Shown here: one piece after another, positions 53,192-64,000 of the stretch
Position numbering within the stretch: position 1 is the stretch's first letter
Layout: the number at the start of each line of letters is the position of its first letter
Source of the DNA: Mobula birostris
Lineage: Eukaryota
Direction: 5' to 3'
DNA: 64,000 nt
NCBI RefSeq assembly: GCF_030028105.1
Contig: NC_092370.1
Coordinates: 175,842,647 to 175,906,646, forward strand
The notes under the pieces: model-generated
The model's database searches: none
What the model saw: the letters and a program-made list of their open reading frames with translations, nothing else
What the model was told of the DNA's origin: nothing
Position numbers and translations under genes: made by a program

Positions 53192-53850
53192 TAGGGGGGA
53201 AGGGGCAGAGGCCCTATAAAGAAGGTGGGGGGAGGGTGGGAAGGAGAAGGCTGGTAGGTTCCAGGTGAAAAACCAGTAAGGGGAAAGATAAAGGGGTGGG
53301 GGAGGGGAAGCAGGGAGGTGACAGGCAGGAAAGGTGAAGAAGGAATAGGGGAAAACACAATGGGTAGTAGAAGAAGGCGGAACCAAGAGGGAGGTGGTAG
53401 GCAGCTGGGGGAGTGGGCAGAGTGACATAGGGATAGAGGAAGGGAGGGGGAGGGAATTACTGGAAGTTGAAGAATTCTATGTTCATACCAAGGGGCTGGA
53501 GACTACCTAGATGGTATATGAGGTGTTGCTCCTCCAACCTGAGTTTAGCCTCATCATGGCAGTAGAGGAGGCCATGTATTCCGGTAATTCCCTCCCCCTC
53601 CCTTCCCCTATCCCTATGTCACTCTGCCCCCTCCCCCAGCTGCCTACCACCTCCCTCTTGGTTCCGCCTCCTCCTACTACCCATTGTGTTTTCCCCTATT
53701 CCTTCTTCACCTTTCCTGCCTATCACCTCCCTGCTTCCCCTCCCCCACCTCTTTATCTTTCCCCTTACTGGTTTTTCAGCTGGAACCTACCAGCCTTCTC
53801 CTTCCCACCCTCCCCCACCTTCTTTATAGGGCCTCTGCCCCTTCCCCCTA

Positions 53851-53888
53851 CAGTCCTGACGAAGGGTTCCAGCCCGAAACGTCAACCA
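53851..53888 (+). ncRNA. Minimal type-I hammerhead ribozyme motif (Penelope-associated)
   Basis: cagtc-CTGACGA-aGGG ttccag CCC-GAAAC-GTC: the core is intact but stem I is weakened. Confidence 0.7.
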
Positions 53889-54659
53889 ATCTTTTTCCAT
53901 GGATGCTGCCCGACCTGCTGAGTTCCTCCAGCGCGTTGTGAGTGTTGCTTTTGCATTAATCAAATTACAGGTGCTGGGTTGCAGCAAACTTCACACAAAT
54001 AAAATCTCATACTTAAAATTTTGCAATGCTATAATGAGCACAATTCAATCCATAGCAAATTAAAAAAGAACACGACAAATCCTGCATCAATGCTGGATGA
54101 CAGATACAGAAAGACTCTAAAAAAGAACCAGAATCATTCAAAATACTTTTAGATTCAGGAAAAAAAAAGTGGAAAAAAAGACAAAATTGTAGTCTAATTG
54201 TACTGACTGAACAGCGACTCAAATTGTTCAAGCTAGTGCTGCAGTTAGGATTGGAAAGTTAGAAAATTAATAAATTATCCATCTTTCTTTTTGACGTTGT
54301 GAAGTGTAAAATTGTGAATTGGAAAAGTACTGCACATCTATTCTTTGTAGTTTGCCCATCAGTGTTATGCTATGCTGTATTACGAAGAATGTTAACTGAC
54401 CAGCATTTACTTTTACAAGTTATATTACTATGTATGCTCACTGTAGAATCACATGTGTGGATGGAAATGTATGTGTTTGAGAAAAGTGTTGCAAACAATA
54501 TTTATTTGCTTCTATCCTTTGAAGAGCTGCTTTGAACTGCATTTTTAGAATGCAAATTTGGTACATAATTTCTGATTTTATGGGATTTTTCTGCTTTCCC
54601 CTGAAGTAACACAGTGTAATTTTTCTGCCAGCTCAGATTTGTAGAGTACCTTACAAATG

Positions 54660-55550
54660 ATTTATTCATTGAAAGTGGTGTCACAGGTAGAGAGGGTGGC
54701 GAAAAAGGCATTTAGCATACTGACCTTTATCAGGCAAGGCACTGAGTTCAGGAGTTGGAACATTATGTTACAGTTGTGTAAGTCATTGGGGCGGCTGCAT
54801 TTTGAGGACTGTGTACTGTTTTGTTCACCCTATTATAGGAAAGACAGGTGTAAACTGAAAAGAGTGCAGAAAACATTTACCAGTATGTTGCCAGGACTAG
54901 ACAGTGGTCCCCAACCTCCGGGCCACCAAGCATGCAGGGGTACAGCGGTAGCGAGAACGCACCCAGCACATATTTAAGAAAAAAGCCGAAATAAACAAGC
55001 TAATTAATTAGGTGTCGCCCGGCACGTAAATATCGGCCCAGATCAGAGGTGATGCAATTGGCCACCACTGCACCCCTGCATGCTTCGCGGTTCAGTATCG
55101 ATCCACGGCCGGGAGGTTGGGGACCACTGGACTAGAAGACCAGCGTTATAAAGAGAGGCTGGCCAGTTCAGGTCTTTATTTCTTGGGATGTAGGAGAATA
55201 AGGGTGACCTTATAGAAGTGTTTAAAATAATGACAGGCATAGATAAGGAGGATGGTAACAGACTTTTCCCAGGGTAGGGGAGACCAAACTGTGGGGCATA
55301 GGTTTAGAGTGAGAGGGGAAACATTTAAAGAGGACTTGAGGAGCAACTTTTTCATGAAGAGGGTACAGAGTTGCCAGAGACAGGTACAATAGTATCATTT
55401 AAGAAGCACTTGGATAGGTACATGGATATGTAAGGCTTAGTGGGATTAGGGGTGAGTGCAGGAAATTGGGATCAGCTGGATGGACAATGTGGTTGGCATG
55501 GACTGGTATGGCTGAAGGGCCTGTATCCCTGCTGTATTGCTCTATGACTC
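54660..55550 (+). mobile_element. CR1 LINE 3' fragment interrupted by a MITE
   Basis: SLKVVSQVERVAKKAF..LQLCKSLGRLHFEDCV..RVQKTFTSMLPGL, with a CR1 3'UTR. Confidence 0.85.
54902..55129. mobile_element. hAT-Charlie-type MITE
   Basis: TIR CAGTGGTCCCCAACCTCC / GGAGGTTGGGGACCACTG, with gactaga duplicated on both sides (CTAG-core target). Confidence 0.88.
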
Positions 55551-55604
55551 TTGCTTGTTTGTCCTTCTTGGCAGCAGTCCTTGGGATTAATTAGCAAGCC
55601 TTGG

Positions 55605-55779
55605 GGTACTACAGTAGTGTAGCAGCGATCACGACATTATTACAACTTGGGGTAGCAGAGTTCAGAGTTCAACTCCAACACCATCTGTGAGAAGTTTGTA
55701 CGCTTCTTCCTGTGAGTGCACAGGTTTCCTCCTGTGCTTCGGTTTCCTCCCACAATCCAAAGGTGTACCGGTGAGTAGG
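55605..55779 (+). mobile_element. V-SINE 5' half, truncated by the gypsy LTR
   Basis: gagttcaactcc B box and ggtttcctcc..cggtttcctcccaca V-domain. Confidence 0.7.
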
Positions 55780-57740
55780 TGTCAGTACCTCCAGTTGACC
55801 TCTGCCTTTGTGAGTGTTTCCCCCTAGCTGTCAGTCTGTGGTTTTGTATTGCAATGTGCTCCTGTCCCCGCTCCTGCTCTACTCCGGCCCCTGTATTACT
55901 GAGTACTCTGTCTCTCACCTGTTTCTTATTATTACCTGTATTGCAGCCACCTGTGTCTCATTGCGCTCCACCTATCACCTGCCTCTCTGTTTATTGCTCA
56001 GTCTATTTCAGTCCTGTGTTTACACCTGTTTATTGCCAGATTGTGCCAGTGAGTTTTCCTGAGCCTTTCCAGCATTTGTATCTGTACTCTGTCAGTCTGC
56101 ATATTGACTCTGCCTGTTTCCTGATTCTGGGTTTGGATTTTTCTGGATGTTTTGATCTCTGCCTGAACTTTGACATGGACTTTGTTTGTACTTTGGGAAA
56201 TGTTACTCAATTAATATCACTGTGTACACAGTACTGGGTCTGCGATTGGATCTCTGCTCAACACCCTGACTGTACAATCTGGCCTGAATGGATCCAGCAG
56301 ACCCCAGTCATCTAAGAGCTGCCCTTGAACAACAGGGAGTGATGCTGGGGGTACACTAGAACTAGCTGGACTCCATATGCAGGGCAGTGGAGTCATTTTC
56401 TGCTAATATAGCAGATCTTGTGGCCTAGACTCAGTCACTCCAGCTGTCCCAGAGTGGTCACCAACATTCTGAGACTGCATCTTCTGCCCTGCTCTCCATG
56501 TCCTCACATGCTCCCTCCATCCAAGAGCCCCGTCTTCTCTGGAGGAGGTAGCACTCAGGTGAGCCCGGTACCTGCCGCTCTTTTCTTTCCCAGTGCATCC
56601 TCATGTTTGAATTGCAACCGACAATATTTCTGACTGATCAAGCCAAAATGGCCTACGTCATCACCCAACTTCTGGTTGGGTGAGAGAATGGGAAGGCAGG
56701 CTTACCTTTCTGCATCAGTTTTCAGTTATTTTCTGAGGAGATGAGAAAAGTGATTGCTCCAAACATGGGAGAGGGGCTGCCCATGCACCAGAGGCGCAGA
56801 TCTGTGTTAGATTACGCCAGAGTTCCAGACCCTAGCGACCTCCAACAGCTGGAACTCGGAGGCACAGTACAACACCTTCCTGAACAGCCTCTCCGAAGAC
56901 ATCAAAGGTGAGCTGGTCACCCAGGACCTTCCTGCCACCTTGGAAACCCTGGTGGATTTGGCCACTCACATTGATATTCGCCTTCAGCAGCACCACAGAG
57001 GGAGAGGTTCCAGAGGGTTCCTGGGGGCACTGGGTGAGTTCCAAGCTCCCTGTCAGTCTACCTTGCCCTGCCATTTGCCCCCCATCTACAATTCCCACTC
57101 CAGAGCCTGAGGCTATGCATGTTGACCATACCCACCTGACGCCAACTGAAAGACAAAGGAGAACCAGCACCCGCTCCTGTTTGTACTGTGGTCACCAGGC
57201 CACTTCATCGCCAACTGTCCATTAAAAGCCAAACGCTCACCAGTAGGACAAGGAGTACTGGTGAGCGTGACCCCTGTCTGGCCCTCCATGACGCCACTCA
57301 CTTTCACACGTGCTTCTCCGGAGTGGGGCATCCAATGCTGAGCTGTCTCCACCTTGGTTGATTCTGGTGCGGAAGGGTGTCTTATCGATTCTGGCTTGGC
57401 TGCCCAGTGGAGATTGCCCACATCTGCTCTCCAGTCATCATTAATGGCCAATGCTTTGAACAGTCAGAGACTGGCTAACATCACCCATGTCACAGCCCCA
57501 GTGAGTCTCAGTTTATCCATCAACCTTCATGAACAGTTAACCCTTTATATTATTGACTCTCCTCAAGCTCCCAGTTGTCCTGGGCAATCCCTGGTGAGTA
57601 AAACACAACCCCCACATTAACTGGCTCAGTCACAAGGTTGTAGGCTGGAGCCCATTCTATCACTCCCACTGCCTCTGCTCAGATCCCTTTGTCTCCAAGC
57701 CCAGATTCCCCTGAGGAATTTCTGGACCTTAGTGCCATCC
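55780..57740 (+). mobile_element. Sushi/Tf1-group gypsy 5' half (LTR 55780-56271, gag, protease), degenerate
   Basis: TGTCA start; gag from ATG GAT CCA GCA (~56288); CLYCG zinc-knuckle remnant; protease LVDSGAEG (ORF 57354..57620). Confidence 0.9.
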
Positions 57741-59835
57741 TTCTTTTTAACGAAGAAAAAACCGGCACCAGCAGGGGAGGAAGATGGCTGGATGATGCCT
57801 GCAGCCAGAGACTCTTGAATGTACTTACTCATGGCTTCTGTTTCAGGTATGGACAGGGAACACAGGCAGCCCCTTGGGGGAAATGTGCCAGGCAAGAGAT
57901 CAATGGCGCAATCATGTGGATGATGAGGTGGTAGGGAAGAGGCCCAGGACTTGCTGAACACAGCCTTGAGGTCCATGTATTCAGGAGGGATGGCACTAAG
58001 GTCCAAAAATTCCTTTGGGGGGGGGGGGTTTGGGCTTGGAGACAAGGGAATCTTAGCATAGCGGAGGCAGTGGGAGTGACAGAATGGGTTCCAGCCTACA
58101 ATCTTGTGACTGAGCCAGTCAATGTGGAGGTTGTGCCTAACTAACTAGGGATGGCCCAGGACAGTGGGAGCTTGAGGAGAGTCAATAGCATAAAGGGTTA
58201 ACTGTTCATGATAGTTGCCAGATAAAGTGAGACTCACCGGGGCTGTGACATGGGTGATGTTAGCCAGTCTCTGACCGTTCAAGTTGTTGACCACTAATGG
58301 TGACTGGAAAGCAGACATGGGTAATCGCCACCGGGCAGCCAAGCGAGAATCACTAAAACACCTCTCCACAGCAGAATCGACCAAGACGGAGACTGCTCAG
58401 TGTTGGACGTCCCACTCCAGGTAGGAGAGTGAGTGGCGTCGAGGAGGGCCGAACAGGGGTCACGCTCACCAGTACCACTTGTCCTACTGGTGAGCGCATG
58501 GCTTTTACTGGGCAGGTGGAGATGAGGTGGTCTGGTTGGCCATAGGACAGACAGGAACGGGTGCTGATTCTCCTTTGTCTTTCAGTCAGTATCAGGCAGG
58601 TACAGTCAACCTTCACAGCTTCGGGCTCTGGAACGGGAATTGTTGATGGGGGCAAGTGGCAGGGCAATGTAGTTATCTTCAAGGGAGCCATTCAGGAAGG
58701 TGTCGTACTGTGCCTCCAAGTTCGAGCCACTGGAGGTCGCTAGGGTCTGGAACTCTAGGGCGTAATCTGACACAGATCTGCGCTTCTGGTGCGTGTGCAG
58801 CATTTCACGGGCAGCACCTCTCTCATGTTTGGAGCGATCAAACACTTTTCTCATCTCCTCAGAAAATAACTGAAAACTGATGCAGAAAGGTAAGCCTGTC
58901 TTCCAGACAGCTGTTCCCCATTCTCTCGCCTGACTGGACAGTTGAGTGATGATGTAGGCCACTTTGGCTTGATCAGTCAGAAAGATTGTTGGTTGTAATT
59001 CAAAACTGAGGGTGCGCTGGGAAAGAAAAGAGCGGCAAGTACAAGGCTCACCTGAGTACTTTTCTGGAGGAGGCAGACGGGCCTCTTGGACGGAAGGAGC
59101 ATACAAGGACACGGAAGGCAGGGTGGAAGATACAGTTGCAGAGTGTTGATGGGTGCTCTGGGACAGCTGGAGTGACTGAGTCTGGGCCACAAGATCTGCT
59201 ACATTGGCAGAAAGCAACTCCACTGCCCTGAATACTGAGTCCAGCTGGCTCTGGTGTCTCCCCAGCATCACTCTCTGTTGTTCCAGGGCAGCTCTCAGAT
59301 GACCAGGGGCTGCTGGATCCATTCTGGCCAGATTGTACTGTCAGGATGCTGGAGCAGGGATCCAATCGCAGACCCAGTACTGTGTACACAGTGATATTAA
59401 TTGAGTAACAAATCCTGAGGTGCAAACAAATTTCAGGCAGAGATCAAAACATCCAGAGAAATCCAAAAACCGGAATCAGGAAACAGGCAGAGTCAATATT
59501 CAGACGGACAGAGTACAGATACAAATGCTGGAAAGACTCAGGAAAATGAACAATCTGGCAACAAACAGGTGCAAACACAGGACTGAAATACACTGAGCAA
59601 TAAACAGAGAGGCAGATGATAGGTGGAGCACAATGAGACACAGGGGGCAGCAATACAGGTAATAATGAGGCACAGATGAGAGATGGAGTACTCAGTAATA
59701 CAGGGGCTGGAGTTGAGCAGGGACAGGAAAACATGGGGAATGAAAACAAACAAGAGTACATGGCAATACAAAACCACAGACTGACGGATAGGGGAAAACA
59801 CACAAAAAGACAAAGTTCAACTGGAGGTACTGTCA
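57734..59835 (-). mobile_element. Sushi/Tf1-group gypsy 5' half (LTR 59339-59835, gag, protease, start of RT), degenerate
   Basis: ORF 58606..59322 RLPPPEKYSG..ELQP..AKVAYIITQLS..AREW (retrotransposon gag); VDSAVE protease; ORF 57626..58045 [26 protein letters not shown]. Confidence 0.92.
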
Positions 59836-59874
59836 TCATCCTTTTCATCATATCATGTTATTCCTTGTTCTTAA

Positions 59875-62800
59875 AAGTTCAAAATAAATTTATCATCCAA
59901 GTGTGTATATATGTCACCATATACAACCCTAAGATTCATTTTCTTGTGGGCATACTCAATAAACCTATAGAATAATAGCTATAACAGAATCAGATGCCCA
60001 ACTTTGGTATTCAACCAGAGTGTAGAAAACAACAAACCATACAAATGCAAAAAAAGAGAAACAATAATATAAATAAATATCAAGAACATAAGATAAAGGG
60101 TCATTGAAAGCAAGTCCATTGGTTGTGGGAATATTTCAATGATGGAGCAAGTGAAGTTGAGTGAAATTAAACCGCTTTGTTCAAGAGCCTGATGGTTGAG
60201 GGGTGATAACTGTTCCTGAATGTGGTTGTGCGAGCTCCGAGGCTCTTGTACCTTCTTCCTGATAGCAGCAGGAGAGGAGAGCACATCCTGGGTGGTGGGG
60301 GTCCCTGATGATGGATATTGCTTTCCTGTGATAGCGTTTCACACAGATCTGCTCAATGGTTGGGAGGGCTTTACCCCTGATGGACTGGGCAATATCCACT
60401 ACTTTTTGTAGAATATTAGATTCAAAGGCATTGGTGTTTCCATACCAGGCTGTGAGGCAGCCAGTTAACATACTCTCCACTACACATTTATAGAAGTTTA
60501 GAAACCATAGAAACCATGGAAAAACTACCGCACCGAAACAGGCCTTTTGGCCCTTCTTGGTTGTGCTGAACTATTTTCTGCCTAGTCCCACTGACCTGCA
60601 CACGGACCATATCCCTCCATACACCTCCCATCTATGTATCTGTCCAATTTATTCTCAAATGTTAAAAAAGAACCCGCATTTACCACCTTGTCTGGCAGCT
60701 CATTCCATACACCCATCACACACTGTGTGAAGAAGCACCCCCTAATGTTCCCTTTAAACCTTCCCCCCCCCACCCTTAACCCATGTCCTCTGGTTTTTTT
60801 CTGCCCTTGCCTCAGTGGAAAAAGCCTGCTTGCTTCACTCTATCTATACCCATCATAATTTTATATACCTCTATCAAATCTCCCCTCATTCTTCTATGCT
60901 CCAGGGAATAAAGTCCTAACCTATTCAACCTTTCTCTGTAATGGAGCTTCTCAAGTCCTGGCAACATCCTTGTAGACCTTCTCTGCACTCTTTCAACCTG
61001 TTTAATATCCTTCCTGTAATTTGGTGACCAAAACTGAACACAATACTCGAGATTCGGCCTCACCAATGCCTTATACAACCTCATCATAACATTCCAGCTC
61101 TTATACTCAATACTTTGATTAATAAAGGCCAATGTACCAAAAGCTCTCTTTATGACCTTATTTACCTGTGACGCCACTTTTAGGGAATTTTGTATCTGTA
61201 TTCCCAGATCCCTCTGTTCGACTGCACTCCTCGGTGCCTTACCATTAACCCTGTATGTTCTACCTTGGTTTGTCCTTTCAAAGTGCAATACCTCACACTT
61301 GTCTGTATTAAACTCCATCTGCCATTTTTCAGCCCATTTTTCCAGCTGGTCCAAGTCCCTCTGAAGGCTCTGAAAACCTTCCTCACTGTCCATTACACCT
61401 CCAATCTTTGTATCAGCAGCAAATTTGCTGATCCAATTTACCACATTATCATCCAGATCATTGATATAGATGACAAATAACAATGGACCCAGCACTGATC
61501 CCTGTGGCACACCACCGGTCACAGGCCTCCACTTTGAGAAGCAATTCTCTACTACCACTCTTTGACTTCTTCCATTGAGCCAATGTCTAATCCAATTTAC
61601 CACCTCTCCATGTATACCTAGCGACTGAATTTTCCTAACTAACCTCCCATATGGAACCTTGTTAAAGGCCTTACTGAAGTCCATGTAGACAACATCCACT
61701 GTCTTCCCTTCATCCACTTTCCTGGTAACCTCCTTGAGAAACTCCAACAGATTGGTCAAACATGACCTACCACGCACAAAGCCATGTTGACGCTCCCTAA
61801 TAAGTCCCTGTCTATCCAAATGCTTGTAGGTTCTATCTCTTAGTACTCCCTCCAATAACTTACCCACTACCGACGTCAAACTTACCGGCCTGTAATTTCC
61901 TGGATTACTTTTCGATCCTTTTTTAAACAACGGAACAACATGAGCTACTCTCCAATCCTCCGGCATCTCACCCGTAGACACCGACATTTTAAATATTTCT
62001 GCCAGGGCCCCCGCAATTTCAACACTAGTCTCCTTCAAGGTCCGAGGGAATACCCTGTCAGGTCCTGGGGATTTATCCACTTTAATTTGCCTCAAGATAG
62101 GAAGCATTTCCTCCTTTTCAACCTGTACAGTTTCCATGATCTCACTACTTGTTTCCCTTAATTCCATAGACTTCATGCCAGTTTCCTTAGTAAATACAGA
62201 TGCAAAGAACCCATTTAAGATCTCCCTCATTTCTTTTGATTCTGCACATAGCCAACCACTCTGATCTTCAAGAGGGCCAATTTTATCCCTTACAATCCTT
62301 TTACTCTTAATATACCTGTAAAAGCTCTTTGGATTATCCTTCACTTTGACTGCCAAGGCAACCTCATGTCTTCTTTTAGCCCTCCTGATTTCTTTCTTAA
62401 GTATTTTCTTGCACCTTTATACTCCTCAAGGACCTTACTTACTCCCTGTTTCCTATACGTGTCATACAACTCTCTCTTCTTCTTTATCAGAGTTGCAATA
62501 TCCCTTGAGAACCAAGGTTCCTTATTCCTATTCAATTTGCCTTTATTCCTGACAGGAACATATAAGCTCTGCACTCTCAAAATTTCTCCTTTGAAGGCTT
62601 CCCACTTACTCTTCACATCCTTGCCAGAGAACAACCTGTCGCAATCCACGCTTTTTAGATCCTTTCTCATTTCTTCAAATTTGGCCTTCTTCCAGTTCAG
62701 AACCTCAACACTAGGACCAGATCTATCCTTGTCCATGATCAAGTTGAAACTAATGGTGTTATGATCACTGGAACCAAAGTGCTCCCCTACACACACTTCC

Positions 62801-64000
62801 GTCACTTGTCCTAACTCGTTTCCTAACAGGAGATCCAATATTGCATCCCCGCTAGTTGGTACCTCTATATATTGATTTAGAAAACTTCCCTGAACACATT
62901 TTACAAACTCTAAACCATCTAGACCCCTAACAGTACGGGAGTCCCAATCAATATATGGAAAATTAAAATCCCTTACCACCACAACTTTAAGTTTCCTGCA
63001 GTTGCCTGCTATCTCTCTGCAGATTTGCTCCTCTAATTCTCGCTGACTATTGGGTGGTCTATAATATAACCCTACTAATGTGGCCATACCTCTCCTGTTT
63101 CTCAACTCCACCCATAAGGAGACAAGCCCTCTAATCTGTCCTGCCTGAGAACTGCTGTAACATTTTCCCTGACAAGCAATGCTACTCCCCCACCTTTCAT
63201 TCCTCTGCCTCGATCACATCTGAAACATCGGAACCCTGGAATATTAAGCTGCCAGTCCTGCCCCTCCTGTAGCCAAGTTTCACTAATTGCTATAACGTCA
63301 TAATTTCACGTGTCAATCCTCGCCCTCAGTTTATCCGCCTTCCCCGCAATACTCCCAGCATTGAAATATATACACCTCAGAAGATTTTTACCACCACTCA
63401 CAACCTTTCTATTTGTGGCTTTGCTTGAACTTTTAACATAATTTATTTTCACCCCAGCCACACTGTCAGCTCTGGCACTCTGGTTCCCATCCCCCAGCAA
63501 ATCTAGTTTAAAGCCTCCCCAATAGCACTAACAAACCTCCCAGAAAGGATATTGGTCCCCTTGTAGTTCAAGCGTAACCCGTCTCTCTTGTTTGTCAGGG
63601 TTTTAGATGTCATGCCAAATCTCCACAAACTTTTAAGAAAGTAGAGGCACTGCCATGCTTTCTTCGTAATTACACTTACAAAGAAAGGGCCCAGGAATGG
63701 CCAGGCTACCCCTCTCCACCTCTGATGAGACTGGCTCATGGACCTCCTGTTTCCCTCTCCTCAAGTCTATAATCAGTTCCCGGGTCTTGATTGAGTGAGA
63801 GGTTGTTGTTATGACACCACTCAGCCAGATGCAATCTCCCTCCTGTATGCTGATTCAACATCACCTTTGATTTGGCCTACAACAGAGGTGTCATCAGCAA
63901 ACTTGAATTTGGCATTGGAGCTATGCTTATCCGAACAGTCCTAAGTGTAAAGTGAGTAGAGCGGGGGCTAAGCACACAGCCTTGTGGTGCACCTGTGCTG
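59875..64000 (-). mobile_element. Rex1/Babar LINE (59875-60498 and 63591-64000) split by a CR1 insertion; runs off the window
   Basis: tagaagttt|gtcagggttt is continuous across the insertion. [10 protein letters not shown] and KFADDT motifs at the window end. Confidence 0.85.
60499..63590 (-). mobile_element. CR1 LINE, near-complete ORF2 (endonuclease 62341..63111, RT 60812..62356) plus the end of the ORF1 esterase
   Basis: YYRPPN, LDLLL, SDHN, KSPGPD, GNYRPVSLTS and GVPQGSVLGP motifs. The RT motif is mutated to FAADTK. Frameshifts and a (CTATGGTTT) tail. Confidence 0.96.

Larger units (their letters stand above)
53062..53945. mobile_element. Penelope-like element with inverted pseudo-LTRs
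   Basis: ~53091-53463 is the reverse complement of ~53581-53951. The 14-bp flanking repeat tgcttttgcattaa occurs at 53048 and 53946. Confidence 0.88.

Noticed and set aside
53960-54655. AT-rich unique sequence resembling a 3'UTR or conserved non-coding element
   Set aside because: No associated coding exon is visible, and it cannot be supported without alignments.
55779-56315. Cys/Pro-rich 178-aa ORF (and its counterpart 59444..59851)
   Set aside because: It is a chance ORF within pyrimidine-rich LTR sequence.
55780-59835. DIRS-type element with inverted terminal repeats, or a domesticated PEG10/RTL gene
   Set aside because: The whole gag-PR region is duplicated in inverse, there is no tyrosine recombinase, and both arms carry stops and frameshifts.

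Overview
This is vertebrate genomic DNA. The repeat content (CR1, Rex1/Babar, Penelope with minimal hammerheads, V-SINE/HE1-like SINEs) suggests a cartilaginous fish, probably a ray; that assignment is inference. One host gene could be assembled: a 4-coding-exon, minus-strand galectin-related (LGALSL/GRP-like) gene at 17955->6262 encoding 144 aa, with canonical GT-AG introns and a CpG-enriched 5' region. Much of the rest is transposon-derived, with frequent nesting. It includes a full-length L1-clade LINE with a 17-bp TSD carrying a non-coding retroposon, a Tigger element and a hAT MITE; a gag-only SCAN/Gmr1-like gypsy with a tRNA-Pro-like PBS; a ~4-kb fold-back of two oppositely oriented sushi-type gypsy 5' halves joined at a microhomology, each with a Tf1-type self-priming signal; an inverted Penelope with two hammerhead ribozyme motifs; and Tigger, hAT and PIF/Harbinger-like fossils. 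There is one assembly gap (9069-9217). I found no convincing wholly new biological system; the most unusual items are listed as findings.
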